Origin: Bugula neritina
Lineage: Eukaryota > Animalia > Bryozoa
Direction of reading: 5' to 3'
Assembly: GCA_964035545.1 (NCBI GenBank)
Contig: OZ037770.1
Location: 3,876,662 to 3,940,661 of the forward strand
Length of the DNA: 64,000 bases
Part shown: positions 12,816-26,600 of the stretch, one piece after another
Position numbering within the stretch: position 1 is the stretch's first letter
How the letters are laid out: the number at the start of each line of letters is the position of its first letter
Program-made: the position numbers and the translations under genes
Notes under the pieces: generated by a model
Told to the model about the DNA's origin: nothing
Databases searched by the model: none
The model's input: the letters and a program-made list of their open reading frames with translations, nothing else

Positions 12816-14592
12816 CAGGGATGTAGTGGCAAAAATATTCTAGGCCATACTCTCAGGGCGGGGGTCCAGGGGGCCGCCCAGGCCGCCGAAGCTTTCAGAG
12901 TGCTTCTGATGCAAATTTATGCAATTTAAAGCTATTGTGAATTATAATTCTTCTGAAGAAAATCTGTGTTGAAATGTGCACCTCGCTATTATTTTCATAC
13001 CATACCAGCTACATGACGACTGGGCATTGCTGCAAACTATATAAATATTCAGTCTTGTCCTATACCTGTTGACTGCAATGTAATGTAATGTAGTCTTACT
13101 CAACTGCAGTTAGGTTTCTTCTGACACTAAGTCCAACCTGTGCAGAAAAATTGCTGAATATCTCAAAAAGATGGAAGGATAGAGGCAGGTAACAAGTGCT
13201 CTCCAAATGCAACCTGATTACTTTAAATAAATAATACACTGCTGTGCACAGAAAAAGAATAATAGATCAGAACAGAGGAAGATTGCTAATCAGAAAATGT
13301 GTGTTGGTTATTTATAAAGAGCAATTTGAATTGATAACTCATTGGCAAGCAGAAATTGGTTGAAAACCTATTTGGAGTTTGTTAGAGTGCTAGTCTAATC
13401 CATAAGGTGATACCGCCACACCTCCTTACACACAATAAAGCACACCCAAGAAGAGTATGTTAACTTGGTTTTAAAATAAAACCCCTGAGCTTCCACTAGA
13501 TACATCAAGGAAATATACCCCAAAAGAAGAAATTTGACAGTTTTAATATGTGTTAACCTAGAAGAGGATTAAATGTAAAGCCAGACGTTAGTACAATCAA
13601 ACATAAAAGGTTACTTATGGAGGTGTACAGTTTGCAAAATCTTATTGCATTGATAATTAACATGCAATAATGCTAGGTTTTTTTGACCAAAATGTGGATA
13701 TAGTACCTGTAGACCTCAGTGATAAATTTTCATTAGCCTCTCCTACACACCTGGTACTGTTTTTTAAAGACATTTTGATTTTATTTCTGGATTTCATGTT
13801 GGTTTTTTCCAAATTCCATTGCTTATTGACAAAATGCAAGTCCACACAAGATAGACAAGGGCAACCTTCTAGCTGTCACTGCCTTGCTGAGGCCACATTA
13901 TTGGTATATTATAAGAATTCAGTCCTGCCAAATAAAACCTCACTTAATTGTGCTAGAATTAAAATTTAAAAACCATGTTATAGATCTTCCTGTTCCTCAG
14001 TGCACCTGCTTTTTTGAGTTTTCAGTATTTTTTTGCAAAGTTATAGACAAAAATCTACCCATTTTTGGCCAATTTTATCTGAAAAATTTATTTTTCAATC
14101 CCTGCCAAATATCTCCGCAGGAAAGCATGGTATTCGAATAGAGCAAACACTGTCGAAAACCTGAGAAATTTATGCATAGCAAATTTTTGATCTTTTCAAT
14201 AGCCTTCATAGATTTTCTACAAGTTAGTGATTTGTACACCAAAAATGAAAGATTTTTTCCTTAGTAATCACCAATGCACAGCACTTCGCGCTTCAGTGAA
14301 CATGTAGAGATAAGAAGATGGAATATTGATAGCTGCATATTATTCATTGTGTAATCTCAGGCTAAACAATCACAAGTAGGCAACACGCATGCCACCCACA
14401 TAGCATTAACATAGCAAGAATTTAAATTAGATTGTGAGCAAAATTTATGATATTCTCAGTGAGGATGCCCAAACTATCTTGTGCACTAATCATCTTTCAA
14501 AAATATGCCCATACGGGCGTATGGCCTAGAACAGTCTATTTTCTTCTAGGCCATACGGCGTATGGGACTGTATGGGTACCACTACATCCCTG
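12816..14592 (+). mobile_element. Non-autonomous hAT element (1777 bp)
   Basis: TIRs CAGGGATGTAGTGG / CCACTACATCCCTG; perfect 8-bp TSD TATATAGC. Confidence 0.92.
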
Positions 14593-16263
14593 TATATAGC
14601 TCGCTGTAACTGCTTGAGCGTTATTGGTTGATGTTGTGCTCAGCAACTTTGAATACTAGCGTTATAGTTAGCACGTGCAGCGTAGTTACTGGCGTTCACA
14701 CGTCACGTATTAGGCTATTCTTTTTCATGGCTGAAAATTTTACCTCCCTCAAAATTGGAATTTTAAAAAGCTGTTTTCTAGGCACATATCCCTTTGCAAA
14801 GTCACAATTGCTTGCATACACATTAGATTATAGTTCATAATTATAATGTGATTGTAATAAACTAAGATTGAGCAATCCTTTAAGCTGTATGCCATTACAT
14901 AAGTATTTGTATGCAGAGAGATAAATGGACAATACTAAGTTTCTGGAAAACAACATACTTGAAATTAACTTTGACAATGGTGTGTTATTTTCATCATACG
15001 CTAGCACAGGTAGGGCCTATAGCATAAATCTCTAAGCATATGAATCTTTATGAAGCCCACAGGTCATGTAAGGGTGGCAATGTAATTTAAAACTAAAAAT
15101 TATGTTGCTGCATTGTGTTTAAGGTATATTATGGAGCAAAATTTGGTTTTACTAGCCTACCCCAACGGCATTCTACAATGCAGCTTATATGCTGGCAGTT
15201 GTAATAAGTACTGTCAATAGCAAGGTTACTATCACTGCTAGCTCTGTGCAGTATGTAACCTCTTGAATAATTGCGCCAATTTTAAACACTTGGAAGTTGG
15301 CCAAGTTATCATATCGCAGCCAGCCACCAGAGACAAAGCATCAGAGCTATTCATATAATATTATACTGATGCACTTGGTAGCAGAGTGGCTAATCTGTTA
15401 TAGTTCATAGTTCAACACCCTTTACTTTGGGAATACAGCCTCTTTTTTTAGGTATACCTAACAAAGCATGAAAACATCTAAGCTGGTATTCTGATAATTT
15501 AGACTTTAGAGGTACATTTTGAAAACTAGGTCAATTGCACTTGTTTGCACAACAACAATAATAAAACATATATTATGCAATATAATAAAAACACACATAA
15601 TACTATATATTATAATGATAATAATATAATATTATAAGTACCATTACTGCATTTTATAATGCGGATGGTTGCCAAAAAAATGTATCACAAATTATGTAAT
15701 TATACTTCAAAAATTTTTATAAGAAAATAGAACTAGCTAGGCAGTAGGTTAGAATAGAGAAGATTTTTAAAACATGAAATCATGATTTGACTATTGTTTT
15801 ATTTAGGCCAACCAACCTAGGAATACTAGATCGGGTTTTAGCTGACAGTTTATAACATTCAGCTTTTGAGCCAGCAGCACCGTCACTTGTTAAGTATAGG
15901 CAAAGTTAGTGAAGCAAGACTAACAAGCACTCAAATACAAGGCGTATTGAGTTACAATAACAAGTCAGGAGCGTATAAATTAAAAAGAATGTGGAAGGGG
16001 GACTATGTTTTTCAACAAGCTATAACTTGAACATGAATTGGCTTTTGAAAAAGTTAAAAAAGTATATTGGAGAACATAAGTTTCTTCATCTTTTCATATA
16101 TTTTTTGTTCCTGTGACATTCAATCTGTTCGAGCTATCAGTGAAACATTGTTCATATAGAACGTAAAGCACCTGGCAAAGAGCCAGAAACTGAAAAAGCA
16201 TGATCTTAAACCAACTGTGTAATTTGGTGGATTTTGGACAATTAAGTAGAAAATATACCCCTT

Positions 16264-19200
16264 TGTATAATAGAGAAGAGAGTGTCTTGAAATTTGTAGA
16301 AACAACTTTATTGTAGATAGCTATCTGTAAGAGTTGTATATATCCAGCGAGCTCCAGCTGTAGAATGACTCTACACTGCGAGCTTGCACACTTATATACT
16401 CAGGAAACAATCCTTCCAGAAGATTCTACCAATCTTCGACCAAAAATAGGTCATGTCAAGTGTGCCGAAGTCTCCGATAGGATGCTGACACTCTGACATG
16501 ACCAACATCGGTCACGTCGGACAAGTCGGAGCTTCGACATGCCTGATCTCAGAAGAAGACCAGTTTACAGCATACAAAATTAAGAGTAAAAAGAATAAAA
16601 AATATTGTTGCAGCTAGGTTAAATAATGGTAAATTTAAAGACAACTCCAAAAATTAGCCCACCCACCTTCCATCAAAAATTATCTCTTTTCGATAACTAA
16701 CATAAATAACACGCAGTGAAATAAAATGTAAACAATAAAATAACTAAAGTATATACTGTAGTAACTTTTGGGTTATTGAATAAAATCAGGCAGAGAACAT
16801 AACTCCTTGTCATAGAAGAGACAAGAGGGGGTGTTGAAATTATGTGTACAGTATCCTTTATTGTTGTCTTGATCCTTTCAGTCCGTGCTCCAGTCCTCAA
16901 GTGACCAAAGCTTGAGATTGGGCTTCCTTTTATACTAGCTAGACAAAGGGCTTCTATAACTTCCGACCGACAGTGGGCCAAAGTTCGGTAGGGTATGGCA
17001 ACAATCGTAATGTCGATAACCGACACTGATGATGTTGGTAACCGACAGACTAAATTTTGGCATCAACTTGCCAAACTCGGACCAACTGTCAATTTACATG
17101 AATAAGCAAAAATGAACCCAACCAAGTGTATGCCTATTGTAACTTGTAATTACGGAAAAGGCATTAACTATTTACTATGCTAAAAGCTTAACAATAGCCA
17201 TAGTATTTAAAGTATTGGCAAGTTACCCCGCAGACTTTGCTATAACTAAAGTATTTAGAAAAATAGCCATAAGTGATGTGTCAAGGATGAAAACTCTGAT
17301 ATTTACCACCATACACGCCAAATATGTAAGGAAATGAAGTCACACATAAATAATAAGATAAAACCAAATTCAAAAGATACCACAGGGTTAAATAATGGAT
17401 TAGATAAGAATATTCTCCATACATATATACAAGAGTACTTAGGAACGTCGCCCTCTCCTCGGTGCTCGAAGCGATAGACATGTCGCTTGAGGGAGAATAA
17501 CGCCTCCTCATAGCGGCACATCTGCTGCCTCAGCTGACACGTTTTATCTTTGTGGGGGCTACATCTGCTGCTAGGGTAGCCTGCTGTTTGTTGACTTTTT
17601 CCTCTGTGTTGTTGTTGTCCGCTCAGATACAAGACTGCCATTTACCTTAGACAACACGACCCGTAGATGTTGAGTGGCCGCTGACTGGGTAATGGTTGGC
17701 TGGGGTGTTTTCCTTGTTGGTCTTCTTAAGTGTTGGCTGATGGGCCAGAAATCCAAAAGCAAGAGCTGCCTGTTTGTGGGGTTCTCTACATGTGACAAGA
17801 TTAGCTCCTGAACTCGGAGAAGATGGCCTCAACGACCACAAACGTTTTGCCCGTGTGGCAACGGGCTATGTGCTGGTAGGGCAGTATACAATTCTGTTGG
17901 TAGGAATACGGAATACTTATCACATGGACAAAATACATTCATGAAATGCTGACGGACGTGCACTCTCATTCCCCAGTAGATTGAAAACCTCCAATCACAC
18001 CGACGACATTTGACATTACCGCACTCACCATACGTTCGGTAAATCCACAGTCGTGCCTTGCTAGGTGTCCAGTGCTGCTGTGAGGTAAAGAACCTGGGTA
18101 GCCTCAAAACCTGACTGCACTCCTCTTTGTCATCAGATTAATCAGTGGGAGCGGACCCACTGCCCAGGATAATCTTTTTCTCTTCCCCAAGCTGTTGTAG
18201 ATCTGCAGGGTTAGGTACAGACTCACTTGATATGGCTGGGGAAACCACTTTGGGCTATTATTAGCCGTGCCAGAGTTTTGAGGGAGGTGAGAGTCAACGG
18301 CGCCTTTATACACACAAGTAGCTTGGAAATAACTAAGACAGTCATCAACTCTACCTCGTAATCTAGAAGGTAATCATGAAAAGACTTTTCTTTTAGTTTT
18401 ACCCGAGCATCCTCAAACTCCACCAACTCAGTTTCAATCCAACCGATTGTTTACTGAGTAATTTAGGTCTTGCTAGACTCCTAAAGCAGAGGATCTAGCC
18501 CAAAAGAAATACCTGGCTGACTGGTAGTAGTGTTTTCTGGCAAAGTAAATCACATGTCATAGCAACAGTCATTCGAACAAAACACGTCTGCTTGTTGGGG
18601 AGTCTTTAGTTAAAGTGACCAAACCACATGTTAACAGGATTTCATCTGACAACTCCGTGGTAACGTAACCTGTCACCCAATTCATTAAATATCACAGGTA
18701 CAACTCTGAAGAGTAGAGTTCCCTTGAATTTTGACACTGTTCTTCAGCCACATTTTGGGAATTTTTTCTTATCCCAGAACTATTTCCAGAAGGAGACTTA
18801 AAGCGTTTACCGGTACTGGGTGTACAACTCCCCCCCTGGTAGCATTTTCAGGTGTCCAACATAGCTGGCGTCTACCAGTGTAGCCAACTGAGGACCTGGT
18901 TCATGTGTATTTGAAAACTTGCCATGGTAGACATTAATACAAATAGCAGAACTCTCCACTTCTCCAGCCTTTGTGGGTAATAAATGCTGATTTGTCCTGA
19001 GCGTTAGGACCGAGGGGCACTTGCCAGTACCTACTCAGCAGATCCAAAGTACTGAAGTACTTGGTTCCCGCGAGGGCATCTAAAGACTCGTCCACTTGAG
19101 GGAGGGAGTTAGCATCCTGAATGGTAACACTGTTGAGCTTACGGTAGTTAACAAAGAATCTCCAACTGCCACTCTTTTTCTTGACCAACACTACTGGTGA

Positions 19201-20205
19201 GCTTCACACAGCGTGGGCTGGCTAAATCAAATCATGGTCAAGAAGGTTTTGCACCTGTCGGCCCGCTCTTTCTCCGGACCCTACAGTTGAGTTGGCTGCC
19301 TTAGTGGCACAGTGCGTGCTGCCATGGGAATCTCATGGTGGATAATTTTAGTCAACCCCATATCATCACCTCCACAGTTGAATATGCCACTGTACCCCAG
19401 GAGTAGTTCAGCCAGTGTTTGGCACTCCGAACAACTTGTACAGCTTCCACAGGCTCTTTGATACAGATAAGCCACATGCTGCAAAACCATTCTCTGTCTG
19501 GTCCAAGAGTGGGTTCCCTGGGCGCTAGTCACTTTTTCCGGTACCAGTCTCACATCTTCTTCTTGGATAAAGTAGTAGTTTGCTACCAATGCACCAGTCA
19601 GCAGTTTGATGGGTTGATGCATTGCTCGAGAAGCTCCCCAACAGTCTAGCCAACTCAGGCTGTTTGTCAGTTGAGTCTTTCTATACATCCCTTCCACCAC
19701 TTCAAACTACCTAATCATCCTGCAGTTGATTCTGCAGCATAGAATCACCTGAGATTGACCTGGTACCGTACAGTTCTATACTACCTGGGTTCTTTCCACC
19801 AAAGACCTGCCAAATTTGTCAACACAGATAAGTTTTTCTCCCAGCCATCACAACAGCTGACTTTTAGAAATCCATGTGACACTGGTGTTTCTCCAGAAAT
19901 AAAATGCCAAAGATGGCATTCTCCTTTAACTAGTTGAAGCTGAAGTTCTTGTAAATCACCTGATCATGAACTGGCCTAAGTAGTGTAATGATGCGGTAGA
20001 AAGGAGAGCCTGACCAGTCTGCTAGCGTACCACGTGCACCTGAGCTCAAAAGGTTTTGAAGAGATCCCGACTCACCATGTTCATTGTGGACCAGTAGGAA
20101 GGCCCCAGTTTTACCTGTATTCTTATCGAGTAGAAAGTAGCTGCCACTGTACGGCTGCATTTTTATCACCGCTGTCTGCAGGTCCTTCAACGTATCCAGC
20201 AACAT
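16264..20205 (-). mobile_element. Old degenerate Gypsy LTR retrotransposon (3' LTR ~16264-16650, broken protease/RT), 5' truncated at the Polinton
   Basis: RT remnant WRFFVNYRKLN..YFSTLDLLSRYWQV (18934-19191); protease-region remnant QPYSGSYFL; PPT-like purine run ~16658-16670; homology to the 22395-30074 element. LTR limits are approximate. Confidence 0.8.
16757..17310 (-). mobile_element. Solo LTR of the same Gypsy lineage nested in the old element
   Basis: Alignable over its length to LTR 22395-22951; starts TGTAGTA; flanked by 4-bp ATAC on both sides; no adjacent PPT or PBS. Confidence 0.8.
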
Positions 20206-20219
20206 GGAAAATATTATAA

Positions 20220-21303
20220 GGGCCGGTTCTAGTTCGCTTAACTAAAGCCGACGGAACTGCTTATGCTGACGCCGACTTAGTAACGCTGACGAATAACGGT
20301 ATGGCTTATTTGTTCAAAAGTATTAAGTATCAACTCGATGGAGAAGACTTGGAATATATAAACAATCCGAGACACGCTTCGACTATAATGGACTTGCCAA
20401 CTTATTCAGACGACTACGGTAAATCGAGAGGTCTCAATCAGTTATGGTCAAAAGACACTAGTAACGAAGCTGCCGCCAATAATTTAGGTTTCGCGGCTCA
20501 TCAAGTTTATTTAATACAAAAGCCCAATCCTAAAGGTACTTTTAGCGCTAAGGTAAATCTTAGACATTTGCTGGGTTTTGCCAACGATTACAAAAAAGTT
20601 TTGTACGATATAAAACATCAACTTACGCTAGTACGCGACACCGACGATAACGCCATTTATAGAGATAACGGCGTAGACGCTGGAAAAATAACGTTGGATA
20701 CCGCATATAACTCCTAGTTTTGAAATGAAAAATAAGCTTTATAAAATTATAGAGTCTAAAACTCAACTACCGATGGTATACAGGTCTAGATGGTGCGACA
20801 GGATTTCGGTGCCGCAAACTACAAACTTTACGTGGCGTTTGGGTTCTAGAGCCGATACGGAAAAAGCCCAGCATTATATCGTAGGCTTTCAAACGAATGA
20901 AAACGAAAGTCAAGCGACTAATCCTGCGCTATTCGATCGCGTTAACGTTAAAAGCATATACGCCATGTTAAACAGCGAGCGATATCCCGAAGTCGATTAC
21001 GATATAGATTTCGTTAAAATGAAGTTTAGTAGAGTGTACGGAGAAGCTTCGAGGTTTTGCGGTAAATATTACTGTATAAACGAGCTAATCGCTTATTCAA
21101 ACGTTTTACCTTCGAAATATAGAGATCTTTATGCTTTATTCGTACTAGACGTTAGTAAGCAAAGCGAAACTCTTAAAAATAGCGTGGCGGACATTCAACT
21201 AAAAATTCAGTTTAGTCAAAACGTACCCGCTAATACTCAAGCATACGCGCTAATTTTGTCCAATAAAACCGTGTCTCTTAGATCCGACGGACGTTTAGAA
21301 TAA
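20220..21303 (+). pseudogene. Polinton major capsid protein (double jelly-roll), N-truncated, frameshift ~20700
   Basis: TKADGTAYADADLVTLTNNGMAYLF, LRHLLGFANDYKKVLY, FTWRL, IVGFQT, LNSERYP, LFVLDVSKQSE motifs typical of Polinton MCP. Confidence 0.8.
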
Positions 21304-21317
21304 TTTTTTCTATATAA

Positions 21318-21485
21318 ATGGATAGAGATTTATTAAAACAAATTGTTACTAATACGGCTCTGAAATTTAAAAAGGCTATCACGATTAATGATACTAATAC
21401 TAGAATAGTTACGCATTTTAATCAAACTATTGAACTCCATTTGTTAATTGATTACTTAACGCAATTTATTAACATTGAGTATTAA
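21318..21485 (+). pseudogene. N-terminal remnant of Polinton minor capsid (penton) protein
   Basis: MDRDLLKQIVTNT..ITINDTNTRIVTHFNQTIEL directly after the MCP, resembling Polinton penton N-termini; the rest is deleted. Confidence 0.55.
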
Positions 21486-21723
21486 TTATTTCAGACTTTT
21501 TATTTGCTATTACGGCGATTATTGCACCAACACCGGTTCCTAATATCGCCGCGCTAACGGTGCTACGTATAACCGTAGTTATACCGCTTACGCTTATGCA
21601 AGCTCTTAAAGCCGTTGATAAAGCGCTATATTTTTTGAATTTTTTATGACAATGATTTTCCAAGTTTTGCATTTTATTGCTTAACGCTTGAATTTCATTA
21701 CGTCTAAAATCATTTGCTATCAT
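21469..21723 (-). CDS. Small Polinton ORF with hydrophobic C-terminal segment
   Basis: TAAATG start; coiled-coil followed by SAAILGTGVGAIIAV. Confidence 0.5.
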   Translation of the reverse strand: MIANDFRRNEIQALSNKMQNLENHCHKKFKKYSALSTALRACISVSGITTVIRSTVSAAILGTGVGAIIAVIANKKSEIINTQC

Positions 21724-21770
21724 TTATTATAAATAAAAAATTGATTTTTACAACGCGATATTTTTATATT

Positions 21771-22013
21771 ATGGAGTGGAATACAATGATTGACGAATTT
21801 ATAGCTCGAGCCGAGCAAAAACGATACGTTAATCTTACAAAAGAAAAATTTATACAAATAATAGATTATAGAAATTTTGACGATAATACTATGAAAAATA
21901 AACATTATGAAAACGAAATTAAATTTTACGGTGTAACTGGACATTCCAAGCGTAAACGATTCGCAATTATATCTTCATTAATTAAAAAATTTAATGTGAT
22001 AAACGAAAATTAG
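21771..22013 (+). CDS. Small Polinton ORF, unknown function
   Basis: ATG ~27 nt after AAAATTGA; open to 22013. Confidence 0.45.
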   Translation: MEWNTMIDEFIARAEQKRYVNLTKEKFIQIIDYRNFDDNTMKNKHYENEIKFYGVTGHSKRKRFAIISSLIKKFNVINEN

Positions 22014-22394
22014 TTTTTTAACTTCTTAATCAATGTGTAATTTATTAAATAAAAATTATTTTAAAATAGAGCCTCGCTTCAAAAGTATAATAAAATTCGA
22101 AAAGGGGTGTGCTATTAAAGAAACAGAATTAAATTGGAATTCTTATACGTCAAGGTATAAAAATTGATTTTACCATTTAAAGTTTTTTTTCTTATTAAAT
22201 GGATGACTTATTAAATAAAGATTGTTTTAAAATACCATTAATAGGGCCTTGCTTAAGAAAATTTTTAGAATTGGATAAGAAGCCCGCTATTTAAGAAATA
22301 GAATTAAATTGTTTAAAAGAACACGAAGAAGAATTAGATTCAGAAAAGGAGTGCGCTATTAAAAAAATAGAATTAAATTATTTAAAAGAACACG

Positions 22395-22951
22395 TGTAGT
22401 AGTTTTGTGGGTTATAGAATGAAATCAGACAGAGAACATAACTCCTTGTTATAGAAGAGACAAGAGAGAGAGGTTGCCGTGTGCTTGCAGTACTTTATTG
22501 TAGTAGAGAGAAGTATCCAGTGTGAGCTCCAGTCCGCAAGTGACTGAAGCTCTAAAATGTGTGTCCTTTTATACCAGTGGAACAAAGGACTTCTAGAACC
22601 TTCTACCGACAGCAGGGCTGATGTTCGGCAGAGGATACCGACATTCGTCATGTCGGTAACCGACACTGGAAATATCGGCAACCGACATTCGGTCTGCCTG
22701 CATCCACCTGCCGAAATCGGTCCAACTGTCGGTTTACATGAATCAGCAAAAATGAACGCAACCAAGTGTATGCGTATTGTAACTTATAATTGGGGAAAGG
22801 GGATTAAATGTTTACTATGCCAAAGGCTTAATAATAGCCATAGTATTTAAGGTATTAGAAAGTTACACCACAGACTTAGCTGTAACTACAGTATTTAGAA
22901 AAATAGCCATAAGTAATGTGTCAAGGGGGATAATTCCTAATATTTACCACA
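22395..22951 (-). repeat. 3' LTR
   Basis: Direct repeat of 29518-30074; PPT-like AGGGGG at ~22956-22961 on the minus strand. Confidence 0.95.
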
Positions 22952-23395
22952 CACACCCCCTATCAGAAAGTACACTTTTCTGATACAAAAACAGAGGGTA
23001 AATATAACAAAAGTAAAATAACGGGTCAAAGGGTAAATATAACAAAGGTAAATAACGGGTCAAAGGGTAAACATAACAAAAAGTAAAATAACGGGCCAAA
23101 GGGTAAACATAACAAAGGTAGAATAACGGCCGAGGGGCATAGGGACTAGCATAGGAATACAGGGGTAGGGCTACTGGGAGTGCAGAAAAATAAAAAAAAC
23201 TTGGTTGAGGTTCAGGTTCTAGAGAAAAAAATGGTATAATACTGATAAAAAAATGGGGTAAGGAGAATAAAATAACTTGGACTGGAAGGAATTTATGAGT
23301 ACACACAAAAATATAATAACATGAAAAAAAACTTAGATACTGCAACACACACTATTATTTACACACATATTTGTGATAACACAATTAAACACACT

Positions 23396-23436
<41 letters not shown>

Positions 23437-23669
23437 AAAGAAGTAGTATGAGAGTCTTATATGTAATTAAGTTGCCTGCGTAGGGCCTGAATGTCCTCCT
23501 AGGTCTCCGGATCTCTCCTTTGCGGGGACTGGTATGTGCAGGCTGGCGACAAGGGGGGGGGGCAGGATGATGAGTAGAGACGTCGTGGTGGAGAGTCGGG
23601 AAAGTGAACATCTAGAGGGAGGCTAGGTGGTACGTGGACTGGTGAGTTGTGGGCTGCGGCTGGTTCTTT

Positions 23670-26600
23670 CTACTGTTGTCTATCCTGGCCAGCACGACCC
23701 GTCAGTACGTTCGGTAGCGCCAGTGTTCTCCGTCTTGGCCCGTCGGTGTCCATCCAGACAGCCCCACTGCCCAGGGTCATTTGCGTCTCTTCTGCAGGGA
23801 GTTGAGCTTCTACAGGTAAGGGAAGGTCTTCCAGAGCAATGGGGGCAGACTGGGCCGGGGAGGGGGACCCCGTCGGGCTGACTGGAGCCGAGCCGGGGTT
23901 CCAGATAGAGTGAAAGTCGGGTGGAGTCGCATCGTCTACTCCAGTACCTATGTGGTCAGCTGATGACTCCGGCAGCGGGAGAACCATATCATAAGGATCC
24001 GAGTTAAGATTTGTACGTGTCGGCGATACTGAGACTGGAGTTGAAATGACCGAACCTCGTGTCACATGTTCGGTCATATTCCACGGCGCATTTCGGTGGG
24101 GCAACTCCACGCTCTCAGTATCTGCCGATCTTCGGTACGTGATCTCAATAGTAGTATCTCTGGCAAGGTATCTAGGCCCGTAGGAATGTGGGTTACTGCC
24201 TGTACTAGGCGAATTCTGCCCTTGTGGGGGTAAATCCACGGGTCCTACGTGATAATCGGCTAGATACCCAAGAGGTCTTCTGCTTCTGGCCTGTCTGTCC
24301 AGCTCTACAGGTGCCTCAGGCTGTGGTGGAGGTGCGGTAGGGGCAGGGATCCCTGGGTCACCTCCCTCAGCCTGAGGTGCTCTTTCTGGCACCGGGGCCG
24401 GCTCTGGGGCCGGTGCAACTGGTGGACCAGGTAGAGGAGGGGGTTCTGGTGTCTGGTCCGGTTCCACTGGGTCCTGGACTGCGATCTCCCACTCTCTGGG
24501 CCGAGCCACCCGTCCTCGGGAGATGGGCTGGCGAGCCGGCTCGAGTAGGGGGAGAGCCTGCCCCGCAGCGTCGGGGCTGCCCTCATAGGGTTTTAACCGA
24601 TGCTCGTTTTGGACTGAGACCTGCCCTGAGCGTTCCACACGGTATGTGTGGTTCGGTAAAACCTCTATGACGCAGTATGGCCCCACGAACTTGGGCTGAA
24701 GTTTAGCCGACTATCCGCGCCTCCTGCGGTAGCTCACCATCCATACACAGTCTCCTACTTGGTATAGTGGTGGCTCCTCGGAGTCTTCTGTCCTCGTCTG
24801 CCACTGCTGCTCGCGCAGTGCTTCATGAGCCTGCTCCATCGTCTCGATGAGCTTCCCCACGTACTCATGTACGGGGGCCTCGGGTGCAGGAACATGGTAG
24901 GTTAGGTGCTCCGGGACACGAGTCTCTCGGCCGAGCATCAGGAAGTTTGGGGTTTCCAGGGTGCTGGAGTGTGGTGTACTGCGGTAGGCCCGCATGATTT
25001 GGGGTAGTACCACGTCCCATTCTTCCTGGCCTCGGCTCAAGAGCAGGCTTCGGAGGGCATCTCCTAACATCCGGTTGTTCCTCTCTACGACTCCATTCCC
25101 TTGCGGGTGATATGGGGTCGTCCGGCTTTGATTCACCCCCCATATCTGGCAGAGGTCTCCCATCAGCTGGGACTGGAACTGGGCCCCCTGGTCAGTGTGA
25201 ATCTGCTTGGGAAGCCCGAAATAACAGAATACTTGCTGATCCAGGGTTCGGGCCACGGTGGGAGCTGACGCATCTGGTATAGCCAGCGCATCAGCCCACC
25301 GAGTGAAGTGGTCCGACAGCACCAGTATCCAGGTGTTCCCTCTGGCGGATAGCGGCATAGGTCCGACTAGATCCACGGCCACCACCTGCCACGGCCGACC
25401 AGCGTATAGCCGGCGTCGGCCCGTGGTCTCGGTAGGGCGGCCATGTTTGCTAGCCTGGCAGACCTCGCATTGTCGTATCCGCAGCCGTACGTCCCGAGTC
25501 AGTCCGGGCCAGTACCAGCGCAGTCTCAGACATCTGATGACTGGCCCCTGAGTGGGCCTGCTTGTGGGTGTCCCAGATTATTTCTCGCCGGAGGGCACGT
25601 GGACATACGACGCGGTCCCTCTCACGGCGGTTGTCTGCTGCGAGTGTATTGGTGAGGAGGCCGTCCTGGTTGACCTTGAGGGAATCCCAGCAGCTACAGA
25701 GGTGTCGGTACTCGACGTCCCCTTGTTGCTGCTGTTCCTCGGTAGGTCGGCGGCCCTCCTTCTTGGCCCGGAAGATGTCAGCTACTGCCCCTGGCAGTGT
25801 CTGCTGAAGCCGGCTCAACTCCTTAACGTTTTGATACAGCGTGGGGTTGGCCCGTAAGGCATTGACGGTGTCTGGTGGGTGTTCGGACCAAAGCTGGCCG
25901 CGTTCCCAACTATAGACGTTGTCGTCCCCCAGCTGTCTCTCCACGTCAAGGCGGGCAGGTCCTCCATCTCGCTCCTCAATGTGCAGACACTGCTTGCAGG
26001 CCTCCTCTGGCCGTCTGCTCATCCCATCGGCATTCCCGTGCTTCTTCCCAGCACGGTGCTCGATCCTGTAGGAGAATTCCGCAAGAATCTCCAGCCATCG
26101 GGCCACCTGGCTCGAGGGCTCTGCACGCTTACACAGCCATATTAGAGACGCATGGTCGGTTCACAACCTGAACGCTCTTCCATACAAATATAGCCAGAAG
26201 TGCTTCACCGCCTTAACTACTGCCAGGAGCTCCTTCCTGGTGGTGCAGTAGTTCTTCTCGGCGGGGGAGAGGGTCTTGCTGTAGTAGGCGACGACCACCT
26301 CAGTCCCACCCTGGACCTGTGACAGAACAGCTCCCACGTTGTGGTCGCTGGCGTCGGTGTCCAGGATGTATTCTGTGGCTGGGTCAGGGTACGCCAAGAT
26401 AGGCGCCTCTGTTAGCCGACTTTTGAGGTGGTCAAATGCCTGTTGCTCCTCCTGCGTCCACTGCCACCGGACCCCTTTCGCCGTTAGCCGATTCAGTGGC
26501 TGTGCAACTCCTGCAAACCCGGGGATGTACTGCCGATAGTACCCCACCAGGCCCAGGAATGCGCGTAGCTCTGTGAGGTCTCGAGGGACAGTCCACTCTT

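Noticed and set aside
22412-22850. ORFs repeated at 29535-29973
   Set aside because: Incidental frames within the duplicated LTRs.
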